A stretch of 64,000 bases of DNA from an uncultured Gammaproteobacteria bacterium (GTDB lineage Bacteria; Patescibacteriota; Microgenomatia; Levybacterales; UBA12049): NCBI GenBank assembly GCA_964416505.1, contig CAYQEJ010000003.1, forward strand, positions 54,034 through 118,033, given 5' to 3'. Made by a program: the position numbers and the translations under genes. The notes below the pieces were generated by a model. It had not been told where the DNA came from, searched no databases, and worked only from the letters and a program-made list of their open reading frames with translations. This document shows, piece after piece, positions 22,913 through 32,070 of the stretch. The stretch's first letter is position 1. Every line of letters starts with the position of its first letter.

Positions 22913-24028
22913 ATGTTTAAAATAACTGTTTTATCAAGTAATTTGAAAAATGGTATTTCCTTTGCAAATCATGCAATTTCTTCTAAAAGCCAATTACCAA
23001 TACTTCTAAATTTCTTATTAAGTGCTAGGGAAGGATATTTAACGATATCAGCAACAGATTTAGAAATTGGAATAATAATAAAAATACCTGCTAAGGTTGA
23101 GGAAGAAGGGGATGTGAGTATTTCAGCTAAAACTTTTGTAGATTTGATTTCAAATATAGACCAAGAAAAAATAAATTTAGAACTAAAAGAGAACGTTTTG
23201 CTTCTTAAAGCAGAAAAGCTAAAAACATCATTCCCTACGCTTATTGCTTCAGAATTCCCCAAACTATATGAGACAAAAGGAGAGAAGCAGGGTGAATTTA
23301 AAAAAGAAGAATTAGAAAGAGAAATCCAAAGGATTGTTTTTTCCTCAGCGGGGGATAGTGGTAGGCCTGCTTTGGCTGGAGTTTTGGTTAGAAAAGATTC
23401 AGAAGGAAAACTAATTGTTGTCGCAACTGATGGTTATAGACTTTCTCTAAAAGAAGGATTTTCTGAAAAAGCAGAGAAGGGAGAGGGCGTAGACCTTCTC
23501 ATTCCTTCGCGTGTTGTTAAAGAGGTTTTAGGAGTGAAACAGGAAGATGATTTAGTTAAGCTTTATGTTGCAAGAGAGGGAAACCAGGTTATCTTTGAAT
23601 GTGGAGACGCAATGATTGTTGGAAGGTTAATTGATGCAGAATACCCTGATTATCAAAAAATAATTCCAGACGAATCAACCACAAAAGCCATATTTGATAA
23701 AGCACACGCGCAGGCAGCGGTTAGAGCATGTTCTGTTTTTGCTAGGGAAGCTGCAAATATAGTAAAAATGGGAATTGGTAATGGAAAAATAACTTTTTCT
23801 GCTAGTGCATCCTCGGTAGGGGAGAATGAAGTAGAGGTTGAGGCAAAAACCACTGGGGAAGAAAATGAGATTGCGTTTAATGCAAGATATTTACTTGAGT
23901 TCTTTTCAGTGATAGATGCTGAAGAAATATCTTTCGAAATGACAGGTCCTTTAAATTCGGGAGTCTTTAGGGTGGTAGGGGATAATTCCTATTTACACCT
24001 CATAATGCCAATTAGAATCACTGACTAG
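22913..24028 (+). CDS. dnaN: DNA polymerase III beta sliding clamp
   Basis: MFKITV...LLNFLLSAREGYLTISATDLEIGI N-terminal clamp domain, 371 aa, directly after dnaA. Confidence 0.9.
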   Translation: MFKITVLSSNLKNGISFANHAISSKSQLPILLNFLLSAREGYLTISATDLEIGIIIKIPAKVEEEGDVSISAKTFVDLISNIDQEKINLELKENVLLLKAEKLKTSFPTLIASEFPKLYETKGEKQGEFKKEELEREIQRIVFSSAGDSGRPALAGVLVRKDSEGKLIVVATDGYRLSLKEGFSEKAEKGEGVDLLIPSRVVKEVLGVKQEDDLVKLYVAREGNQVIFECGDAMIVGRLIDAEYPDYQKIIPDESTTKAIFDKAHAQAAVRACSVFAREAANIVKMGIGNGKITFSASASSVGENEVEVEAKTTGEENEIAFNARYLLEFFSVIDAEEISFEMTGPLNSGVFRVVGDNSYLHLIMPIRITD

Positions 24029-24029
24029 T

Positions 24030-24455
24030 TTATTTAAAACCACTTTTTAGGTTAGTTAAATCAGTTTTTTTAAGATTATATTCGTTAAGTAATTTAGATA
24101 ATTCTGTATTCGCCTCTAAAGTCCTAGATCTATTGGAAAGAAATAAGAAAGAGTCATTTAAATAATCATAACTGAGTTCGAATAGATCGGATTTATAAGG
24201 TAGGCTTCTGATCAATACTCCCAACTGTTTAGGTGCTATTTGAGCATCAGCATCTTTTTGTGTAACACCTAAAGAATCAGTGTGATAAGGTTCTTTTTCT
24301 GTCTCATCAAAGACTGGTGTAGGAGCAATGCTGCTAATATTTTTAGTTTCTTTAGGAAGAACTGTGACCACGATGCTTATAAAAATAAGATAAAAAATTA
24401 TGGCTAAAAATATTAAAAATAGAATCTTATGTTTTTTTAAAAGTTCTTTAATCAT
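24030..24455 (-). CDS. Bitopic membrane protein (N-terminal TM anchor, about 100-aa extracytoplasmic domain); last gene of the T4SS-like operon
   Basis: TM helix ILFLIFLAIIFYLIFISIVVTVL. Overlaps the upstream gene by 8 nt. Its stop is 1 bp from the dnaN stop, so the two are convergent. Confidence 0.5.
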   Translation of the reverse strand: MIKELLKKHKILFLIFLAIIFYLIFISIVVTVLPKETKNISSIAPTPVFDETEKEPYHTDSLGVTQKDADAQIAPKQLGVLIRSLPYKSDLFELSYDYLNDSFLFLSNRSRTLEANTELSKLLNEYNLKKTDLTNLKSGFK

Positions 24456-25224
24456 TTTTTCTTATTGGAACTAATGACATAAACCTCGTGTCATATCTGT
24501 TCATTTGTGTTAGGGACGGGTGATAAATAAAATTACTTGAATTACATTTATCGCTTGCGGAAGCCACTATAAGTGTTTCGTTTTTTGGATTAGCGCCTAG
24601 CACAACAAATGTATGACTACATCTTCCTTCGCATCCGACCCAATTTTCTGCTGAGCCTAGGATATACCACCCTTGATTTGTAAATCTTTGAATTGCTTCA
24701 AGATCAGCTTTAGTCAAATGTCTTCTGTTATCTCTGTCTCTGCCTCCTTCTATAAGATCAACTTGCGCTCTTTTTAACCCTATGCTTCGTAAAAAGACAG
24801 TATCTACAATTGAAAATGGACTAGTTCCTACGTATCCATAAGCATTTCCCGGTTGCCAAGCAAAACCTTTTTCGGTAAATAATTCAGCTACTGTAGCAGG
24901 ATTTGCAACTCCTCGATCACTGGGGCGAGCTTTTAGTCCATAAGTCGCAAGTATCATGGCTATAGATGATGGTCCACAGCCTGAGCTGCCGACCGTACCA
25001 GTATCATAACGATTATTACCCCATGGAGAATCAAATTGACAGTAGTAAACAAAATTCCCGGGTTTTGTACCCGTGCTGGTGTCTCCTCCGAAATCTGATC
25101 CTTTACCAACCACCGTGGTTACAGTGTCGTGAGCTATACCCGTTTGCTGTGCAAAAGCAGGAGACAGAATAATTAAGCTGAGAAGTAAATTAATTAGGAA
25201 AAGAAGAGAGAGGATTTTCTTCAT
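24448..25224 (-). CDS. Secreted papain-like cysteine peptidase (Peptidase_C39_2/CHAP-like), candidate cell-wall hydrolase of the T4SS-like cluster
   Basis: Signal peptide MKKILSLLFLINLLLSLIILSPAFA. YYCQF...SSGCGPSSIAMILATYG contains the candidate catalytic Cys in the C39-like context, and ...CSHTFVVLG contains the candidate His. Confidence 0.55.
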   Translation of the reverse strand: MKKILSLLFLINLLLSLIILSPAFAQQTGIAHDTVTTVVGKGSDFGGDTSTGTKPGNFVYYCQFDSPWGNNRYDTGTVGSSGCGPSSIAMILATYGLKARPSDRGVANPATVAELFTEKGFAWQPGNAYGYVGTSPFSIVDTVFLRSIGLKRAQVDLIEGGRDRDNRRHLTKADLEAIQRFTNQGWYILGSAENWVGCEGRCSHTFVVLGANPKNETLIVASASDKCNSSNFIYHPSLTQMNRYDTRFMSLVPIRKND

Positions 25225-25262
25225 TTAACAATATTTAAGCACAATTGATTTAGTCTTACAAC

Positions 25263-25784
25263 CTAACACCCAGAAGGGAGTGGGTTAAATTGGGAATTTC
25301 TTGGAAAATCATTTGCAGCAAAGGCACCTAGATAAAACCTTACTGGTAAATTGCATAGTCCGTTTTTTGAAAAACCTTGATTAAGTAGATAATTTTCTGC
25401 TTCAGTTTTGGCTAGATCAATGTCTTTTGAATTAATTTCTATTTCGAAGTCATCTAGAGACTCAACGTATTGGATAATAAAATTTTCATTTTGAAAAATA
25501 ACTCCTGATTTGTTGTCTAACGGCGTTAAGATTTTGGCTTTTGCATCTAGGTCTGAAGGAGGAAGTGGCTGTCTAGTAGTTAGTTTTATTAAGGATTTTC
25601 CTAAGCTTCCAGGTTCATAGTTAACAACTGGCTTTGTGTATATTTGCTTCGAAGGGGTAGGTATTGGTTTTTGCGATGATCTTAAGTCGGAAAGAGTAGA
25701 TGCTATAGCAAGTAAAACAAATATTACTACTAAAATAACCGCAGAAATCAGATATATTATATTTTTTTTATTCTTTAAGTTCAT
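25263..25784 (-). CDS. Bitopic membrane protein (VirB8-like topology)
   Basis: N-terminal TM IIYLISAVILVVIFVLLAIA followed by an approximately 140-aa external domain. No sequence motif to confirm a VirB8 fold. Confidence 0.4.
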   Translation of the reverse strand: MNLKNKKNIIYLISAVILVVIFVLLAIASTLSDLRSSQKPIPTPSKQIYTKPVVNYEPGSLGKSLIKLTTRQPLPPSDLDAKAKILTPLDNKSGVIFQNENFIIQYVESLDDFEIEINSKDIDLAKTEAENYLLNQGFSKNGLCNLPVRFYLGAFAANDFPRNSQFNPLPSGC

Positions 25785-25785
25785 C

Positions 25786-28053
25786 TTACCTTATTGTATT
25801 ATATTCACCGTTTGTGCAAAGTTCAGGTGCGCCTCTGCAAACATTGGTTTCGCATTGCCAATAATCGAAATCTAAATTTCTTGGTTCAAGCACGATTTTT
25901 TCTCTGTCTACAGCTACTTGTATTTGTTCTTTCCACTCCACATTACCTCTATTGTAGGCAAGAGGATTGCGGTTGGAGCCCATTTGAAAAGCTCCCCAGG
26001 CTCCTTTGGGATCGGGTGTGCAAACGCTTCCATCGCTATTACATCTAAAATATGCATTGGGTCTATGGCCGCTTTCACATTCAGAAAGTAAGTACCAAAA
26101 TCTATAGTTTTTTGGATCTTTTGACTTAAGTTCATTCCCGAAATCGTTAAGTGTATAGTTGCAGCTTGGGTCTCCGAAATTTCCTTTAGGTGCGTTTACG
26201 GAATTATACTTTCCTGAGCAACTATCTCCAGTAGCAGGAGGTCCTCCGCCTCCAGTAGCGCCTAGAATAGAAATTGACACATCAAAAGTGCTATCGTCTT
26301 GGGGACGAAGAATTAAAGTAAAAGAATACATGGTTTGTTCGCCTGTTTCTGAAGGCGAATTATCCTTTAATCGCCAAGTGATTGCGCTTGAGTTTGTAGG
26401 AGATCTGTATATCCCCGTTGTGCCGCTCGGAATCAAAGTAGTCTCTTCAGGAATATCTGCGCTTACTGAAATATTTTCGATAGGGTCTACTGCATTTCTT
26501 TTATCGTAAATAACGATTATTTCATATCTCAAATCAACGCCATTGGGAGAAGATTGCGGGCCATAAATTGTATAGCTTATTCCTGCATAGCGGCTATTTG
26601 TGATTGGTTTTGTTAGATCTGAAGTGTTAAAGAAGATTTGGCCTATTATCACAAATATAAAGATTATTAGAGCTATTATGATAACAGCTGGTAAGCTAAT
26701 GGTGGTAACCGTAATCCCAATTCCTGTAATAATTTTTGCTAATACTAGAGAAATAACGCTTATCGTGGCAGCGGCTGCACTTGTAGCCACGCCTATTATT
26801 GCAGAAATTGCTGTTGTTAAAAAACCTGCGATGGAAGATAAAAGTGAGCCAAGTATTGATCTTGCAAACAGTCTTTCTAAATATCCAATTGGATCTAAGA
26901 ATTTTTTTAATTTAAAAAACTTTTTGTTTAGGTTCTTAAATCTATTAATTGATTTAGATTTAGACAGACGGTTACCTAGTCTTGTTTTGAAAAATCTTTT
27001 GTATAGCCAGTTTTGATTTTGAGTTGATTGTTGCGATTGGGATTTGCTTTGGTTGGTAGTTTGAGGAGCGTTAGCGAAATTATTTTGCAATACTGGGAGG
27101 GAGGCAGGAATAGGAGAAGTTAATGGCTGTGGTTTCGTAATCTGTGTTGGGGAAGGTTTGTTTCTTCTAAGTAAACGGGATGTGATCCCAGGATTTTGAT
27201 AGGTATATGTTATGTCTTTCTGCCTTTTCCTTTCGATAGCTGATGTTAGCTCTGGGTCATTGTATTGTGCTGCCCATTTTTTTGCATTTTGTGGAGAATA
27301 TGTGACCAGATGTTCTTCAATTTCTTCCTGCGCATTGGAAATTGCTCGTGATCGATCTAAATATCTAGCGCTTGGATCTCTACTATCATAATCTTTTGCT
27401 GTTTTTTCGATATATCTTCGTCTAGTTTCTAGATAATCAGAGTAAGTAAGATTTTTGTTTTCTAGGCTTACTTTCTCAAAAGCCAAGTCGAGTTGGGTAT
27501 TTTGAGGGTCTTTGGAAAGCCATTCGCGTGCCTTTTTAGGATCGGCTCTAACTAATAATTCATGGTATTCCCGTCGTGCTCTTTCATATGCCTCCAGTCT
27601 GCTTTTTGCAACAGGAGCATTTCTTTTTGAGGGATTTTGATTATATCTCCTGTATTCTTCCTCCCACTTTTTTGCAAAATACTCAGCATATCTATCTGCT
27701 TCTTTTTGAGATTCTTCATATGACCCCCCGCGTCTTAAAAGGTTAACACCTGCGATAATAGATCCTAAAGCTAAGCTCTGTGGATTTCTGGGGCTGGAGT
27801 TTTTATCTTTATCTTTTGACTCAATTTCTATATTTGCTCCCTGCGATCGTTGAGTATTTATGTCTTCAATGCCTTGCCAAATTCCTTGAGTATTTAAAAT
27901 CTGATTTTCAAATAAAATTTTTTCAAATGATTGCCTATTTCCAGCTCTAAAAGCATTAAATAATTGATTTTGGTCGAATCTGGATAAATTTCCAAGTTGT
28001 GAGGCTGCCCACTTAGCATTTTCTAGGCTTAATTGTTTCTCGTTTTCATCCAT
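25786..28053 (-). CDS. Polytopic membrane protein with a C-terminal Rpf/transglycosylase-like (lysozyme-fold) domain; VirB1-analogous peptidoglycan hydrolase fused to a channel-like membrane core
   Basis: 755 aa. About 390 aa of cytoplasmic Q/S/R-rich N-terminus, then at least 3 TM helices (residues about 395-470). The Cys-rich external C-terminus ends with LLSECESGHRPNAYFRCN...KGAWGAFQMGSNRNPLAY...WKEQIQVAVD...WQC, matching the CESG...G.FQ...EQI.VA...W..C pattern of Rpf-type transglycosylase domains. Confidence 0.5.
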   Translation of the reverse strand: MDENEKQLSLENAKWAASQLGNLSRFDQNQLFNAFRAGNRQSFEKILFENQILNTQGIWQGIEDINTQRSQGANIEIESKDKDKNSSPRNPQSLALGSIIAGVNLLRRGGSYEESQKEADRYAEYFAKKWEEEYRRYNQNPSKRNAPVAKSRLEAYERARREYHELLVRADPKKAREWLSKDPQNTQLDLAFEKVSLENKNLTYSDYLETRRRYIEKTAKDYDSRDPSARYLDRSRAISNAQEEIEEHLVTYSPQNAKKWAAQYNDPELTSAIERKRQKDITYTYQNPGITSRLLRRNKPSPTQITKPQPLTSPIPASLPVLQNNFANAPQTTNQSKSQSQQSTQNQNWLYKRFFKTRLGNRLSKSKSINRFKNLNKKFFKLKKFLDPIGYLERLFARSILGSLLSSIAGFLTTAISAIIGVATSAAAATISVISLVLAKIITGIGITVTTISLPAVIIIALIIFIFVIIGQIFFNTSDLTKPITNSRYAGISYTIYGPQSSPNGVDLRYEIIVIYDKRNAVDPIENISVSADIPEETTLIPSGTTGIYRSPTNSSAITWRLKDNSPSETGEQTMYSFTLILRPQDDSTFDVSISILGATGGGGPPATGDSCSGKYNSVNAPKGNFGDPSCNYTLNDFGNELKSKDPKNYRFWYLLSECESGHRPNAYFRCNSDGSVCTPDPKGAWGAFQMGSNRNPLAYNRGNVEWKEQIQVAVDREKIVLEPRNLDFDYWQCETNVCRGAPELCTNGEYNTIR

Positions 28054-28055
28054 AT

Positions 28056-29999
28056 TTACTTATTTTGGTCAAAATCAGAGAAGCCAGGTGCAATTTGCGG
28101 CGTCTGCGGAGGAACAAAACCTGATTGATTCATGGGACTAATGGGCGCTGGGTTTTGGTAGGGTGCTGAAAAAGAAGTCTCATTCATTATTCTTTGCTCC
28201 TCCTGTCTTCTTAAAAGTTCTTCTGGATTTGAAGTAATAATCTTGTGTTCAAACGGAGCAGATATCACTTTCATGGAAACATGACTTTGTCCTGCAAAAA
28301 ATAAACCCTCTCCGACGTTTGCTGATAAAAGTAGTTGTTTTTCCTGCTGTGTTAAATAGAAAATTTGAGACACTAAATCTATCTCAGTAGGGCTTTGTTT
28401 TAAAAGCATCTGAATGGACGAGTTTGAAAGAATTGCCTTTCCATAATCGGTGGAGAGAAAGTCCTGAACATCCTGGGTAGCTGTTGTTAGTGCAAGATAA
28501 TATTTCCTAGCTCTTTTAGCTATTCCATGGATGAAAGAGGCAGAGTCTTGGTATTTCATAAGGTACCAGGCCTCATCAAGCACTAATAGTCTTTTTTTAA
28601 GATCTTTTCTAACTCTCGTCCAAATGAAATCAAGAATTATATGCATAGCCACGGGGCGAAGCTGATCTTCGAGTCCTCTAGTTGAAAATGCAGTGAATGG
28701 ATTTTTTATATCAAAGTTTGATTGTTGGTTAAAAATTCCAGCCATGCTTCCTTTTATAAATTTCTCAAGCCTTAGTGCTAGGTTTTTAGAAATTTCATCC
28801 TCGTTTCCCAAGAGAACTTTATATAGATCTTCCATGAGAGGAGGCTTCTTTGTTTGTGTAGATGGGTCTGGTGTAATTCCTTTTTGCCTGTAAACTTCTA
28901 CTAATGCTCGATCAAGAATTGCGTCATGCGCTGCATCAAGTTCTCCCATAACGATTCTAAGAAGAGCATGGAGCGAAAGGATTTTTAATCCTAATTCATT
29001 TTCTCCTTGTTCATAGATACCAGATAAGTCGAATGGATTAATCTTGATAGGAGAGGCGGGGGTGAACTCAATATATTCTCCGCCGAGGGTTCTCGTGAGT
29101 TCCCCATATTCTCCTTCAGGATCAATTACTATGATTTCAGCGCCAAACATAAACTGTCGCATAAGCTCCAGCTTGATAAGGTAAGATTTTCCTGCTCCAG
29201 ATTTTCCGAAAACCACTTCGTTTGCATTTTCTAGAGAGTATCTGTCAAAAATGATTAATGAATCATTTAGCTTATTTAGTCCATACATTACTCCTTTATC
29301 TTGGGTGAGAGTGGCAGATGTAAACGGAAACGTTGAAGCGAGGGAAGTGGTGTCCATGTTTCTGGTCAAGAATAATTGATCGTCTGCAATTGGAATGCTT
29401 GATTTAAAACCAGCATCCATTTGAAGGGTTGCGGGTTTAGCTAGGACAAGAATTGAAGCCAGAAGTGTTTTGAGTCTTTTTGATGCCTCTTCAAGGTCCT
29501 CTTTTGTATCAGATATTAATGTAATGTAAAGGCTAAATTGAAAAAATCTTTCTATTCCCTTTGCGAGTTCTTCCTGTACCGAAAGTGCGTCTTCTAGAGA
29601 AGCTTGGACGGTAGGATCTAAGACTTTATTATTCTGTGTTTGTTCCATAAGGGTTGCTTCCATTTCGCCAATTTTTCTTCTTAGATCTTGGAGGGCATCT
29701 GGTGAAGATGTGGGATAGCAGAACATAGAAAGATTTAGTGAATGTTCAAAATCAATAAGAGGTTCAAGCCAATTAGGTGAAACAAATCTGGGGTATCCCA
29801 CAACGAAAAAAGTTTTGTGATATTTTTCTCCAATTCTAATATGCCCAAAATCAACTTCGATAGAAGAAGGGGCTATGATATCCGTAACAGAATTCATGCC
29901 TCTTTCGATTCTTTTTATTCCCTCATTTGCAGGGTGAATCGCTGCGCCAGGAATAGGATTAGTTTTTAAGCTTTGATCTTTTTTGTTAAATAGTTTCAT
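28056..29999 (-). CDS. VirB4/TrbE/CagE-family type IV secretion ATPase
   Basis: 647 aa, no N-terminal TM. N-terminal CagE_TrbE_VirB-type region (IAPSSIEVDFGHIRIGEKYHKTFFVVGYPRFVSPNWLEPL). Walker A VFGKSGAGKSYL, Walker B LLVLDEAWYLM, and C-terminal LTTATQDVQDF, typical of VirB4. Confidence 0.75.
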   Translation of the reverse strand: MKLFNKKDQSLKTNPIPGAAIHPANEGIKRIERGMNSVTDIIAPSSIEVDFGHIRIGEKYHKTFFVVGYPRFVSPNWLEPLIDFEHSLNLSMFCYPTSSPDALQDLRRKIGEMEATLMEQTQNNKVLDPTVQASLEDALSVQEELAKGIERFFQFSLYITLISDTKEDLEEASKRLKTLLASILVLAKPATLQMDAGFKSSIPIADDQLFLTRNMDTTSLASTFPFTSATLTQDKGVMYGLNKLNDSLIIFDRYSLENANEVVFGKSGAGKSYLIKLELMRQFMFGAEIIVIDPEGEYGELTRTLGGEYIEFTPASPIKINPFDLSGIYEQGENELGLKILSLHALLRIVMGELDAAHDAILDRALVEVYRQKGITPDPSTQTKKPPLMEDLYKVLLGNEDEISKNLALRLEKFIKGSMAGIFNQQSNFDIKNPFTAFSTRGLEDQLRPVAMHIILDFIWTRVRKDLKKRLLVLDEAWYLMKYQDSASFIHGIAKRARKYYLALTTATQDVQDFLSTDYGKAILSNSSIQMLLKQSPTEIDLVSQIFYLTQQEKQLLLSANVGEGLFFAGQSHVSMKVISAPFEHKIITSNPEELLRRQEEQRIMNETSFSAPYQNPAPISPMNQSGFVPPQTPQIAPGFSDFDQNK

Positions 30000-30643
30000 A
30001 TTTTCATTTTTCCAGTAACCATGGGAGTTATGATATCTTTGGATACTCCCGAGCTGCTTTCGTTGTTATAGATCTCATAAAAAAGCCTAATTAGTTCGTC
30101 TTTTTCCAAAATTTTTGATTTCAAACCGGATCTTAAAAGCTCTTGGATTATAGATGAAGATTTGGAAGTTAATAAATTTTTTGCATCTCTTATTATCGCA
30201 TCTCTGTCTCTTGAGTTTGCAATTCCTCCAGCTCCTTTTTCAAGATACGAGTACGAAATGGAGATATAAAATTTTTTATCAAGAACTGTATTTTTTTGAA
30301 CAAGTTGAGAAACGAATTCTTTATACATTCTAATGTGTTCTGAGAATGTTGGGTTAGATGCTTTCGCAGCTTGTTCCTCGAGTAGTTTTTGATAATTACT
30401 GATATCGAGTTTTCTGCTCAAAATTACTATTTGAATAGGAAAAGATAGGGAGTTGATGAGCGAAGCATAAGAGAGAATTTTTATTTCTTGTTCTTCTTTG
30501 GATTGTAATGCAAAATTTGTCGCTGTAACTTCTATAACCATACACACACTTCCTCCGGACATAAGAACTAGGCTGTCTATAATGTCCTCAATCTCTATAA
30601 ACTTTTGTGTTGTCGCTATGGTTTTTGGGGCAGAGTTTTTCAT
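29996..30643 (-). CDS. Hypothetical cytoplasmic protein (215 aa) translationally coupled between the VirB3-like and VirB4-like genes
   Basis: No TM or signal. Overlaps the VirB4-like start by 4 nt and abuts the upstream gene. No recognisable family. Confidence 0.45.
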   Translation of the reverse strand: MKNSAPKTIATTQKFIEIEDIIDSLVLMSGGSVCMVIEVTATNFALQSKEEQEIKILSYASLINSLSFPIQIVILSRKLDISNYQKLLEEQAAKASNPTFSEHIRMYKEFVSQLVQKNTVLDKKFYISISYSYLEKGAGGIANSRDRDAIIRDAKNLLTSKSSSIIQELLRSGLKSKILEKDELIRLFYEIYNNESSSGVSKDIITPMVTGKMKI

Positions 30644-31942
30644 TTAATTAAATAATTCCCTTCTTAATTCTTCCCTGGGATCTACTGAAAAAATTTCAAG
30701 CGGCATAATTGGTGTTCCGTTCGCTTCAATTTCCACGGTGTCAAACTTATTTTGTCCTTTTGGATCTTCAATAGAAACTATGTATTTCCCGTTTTGAAGA
30801 GAAGTTGCCGATGCAAATTGCCCAAGCCCATTTGTTTTAAAAGCTCTCACTGGATTGTCTTCTGGATCTTTTACCTCGACTAGAATATTTGGTAGGGGAT
30901 TCCCTCTAGGATCTTTAATGATCCCAGTTATTAGATTTGGATCTGCGGGAGCTGTGGGGAGGCCAACGCTTTTTACTAATGCAGGAGGGGCTTTTCTAAC
31001 TCTTTGGGTCTGGGGAAGAGGTTGTGCCGTAATTGGATTAAATTTCGTTTTTTCTGTTCCTTCAAGTCTAGCCTTAAGAGATAATAATTCTTTCTCAAGC
31101 GCCTCCTTTTGTCTGTTTGCTTCGATAAGCATTTTCTCAAGTTCTTCTGATTTTTGATGAGTAGTTGAGTCTGTTTGAGGAGTTGAGTTATTTTCTATAG
31201 CTTTTGCTTCAACAAGCTCTTTCTGAAGTGCGGAAACTTGTTCTTCGAGTTTTCTTTCATTTTCTTCTATTTTTTCTTCCTCCTCTTTTTCTTTGATTTT
31301 TTCAAGATCATCAAGATTCCCAGACATAATAGGTTTATTGTTGGGATCATTTAATTCGATTACTCTGCCTGGGACCTGAGTTATAGGAGTGTTTATTTGT
31401 GGTGCGCTCTGTGGCTGCGGAGCAGGAACAGGTTGAATGATTTGGGCTTGTGTTTGGATCGGGGTTTGTTGGATAGGTTGTTGATAGTTGATGGGGGTTG
31501 GTGTTTGTATCTGTGTTTGTGTTTGTAAAGGCATATTGGTAGGTGGTAGTGGAGCAGGTGTGTTAAGTTGAGGAGGAGTTGATTGGAGTACAGGATTTAA
31601 TGGTGTTTGTGGGGCACTAGGATTCATTTGTGAGAGATTTCCACCAGTTTTTCTATAGATATATTGGGTAGGGGAGAAAAGAGCTCTAATGAAATTTCCA
31701 ATCATGGTATCCATAGGTCTTCCGTCAATAGGAACAAACGCTAATGCAACACCAAGAGAGAGAAATAATACTGCTAAGGGGAGTCTAATCAGTATAAATA
31801 TCGGTAAGATAAAAAATATAAACCAGGCAATTACTGTTCCACCGGCAAGGTAGGCAAACTGCTTTACGGTCATGTTGCCAATAAGTTTAAATTGAAATCC
31901 TGTAATGTCTTGTGGTATTGGATGGTTTTCCATAGGCAGCAA
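30644..31942 (-). CDS. PrgI/VirB3-like two-TM N-domain, followed by a P/Q/T-rich linker, a coiled coil and a C-terminal beta-sandwich (carboxypeptidase-regulatory-like) domain
   Basis: The N-terminal 100 aa are MLPMENHPIPQDITGFQFKLIGNMTVKQFAYLAGGTVIAWFIFFILPIFILIRLPLAVLFLSLGVALAFVPIDGRPMDT, a hydrophobic hairpin as in PrgI/VirB3-family proteins that precede VirB4. The C-terminus IKDPRGNPLPNILVEVKDPEDNPVRAFKTNGLGQFASATSLQNGKYIVSIE is Big/CarbopepD_reg-like. Confidence 0.45.
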   Translation of the reverse strand: MLPMENHPIPQDITGFQFKLIGNMTVKQFAYLAGGTVIAWFIFFILPIFILIRLPLAVLFLSLGVALAFVPIDGRPMDTMIGNFIRALFSPTQYIYRKTGGNLSQMNPSAPQTPLNPVLQSTPPQLNTPAPLPPTNMPLQTQTQIQTPTPINYQQPIQQTPIQTQAQIIQPVPAPQPQSAPQINTPITQVPGRVIELNDPNNKPIMSGNLDDLEKIKEKEEEEKIEENERKLEEQVSALQKELVEAKAIENNSTPQTDSTTHQKSEELEKMLIEANRQKEALEKELLSLKARLEGTEKTKFNPITAQPLPQTQRVRKAPPALVKSVGLPTAPADPNLITGIIKDPRGNPLPNILVEVKDPEDNPVRAFKTNGLGQFASATSLQNGKYIVSIEDPKGQNKFDTVEIEANGTPIMPLEIFSVDPREELRRELFN

Positions 31943-32070
31943 AATAAATACAAATAAGAGCTCTTTGCTTCATACTAGAATATAACGTGAAAAATAGCGT
32001 TTCAAGGCTATCAAAATGAATCAATTTTTGAGGATTTTGAAGCTAATTGTGAAAACAACTTTTTAGACAC

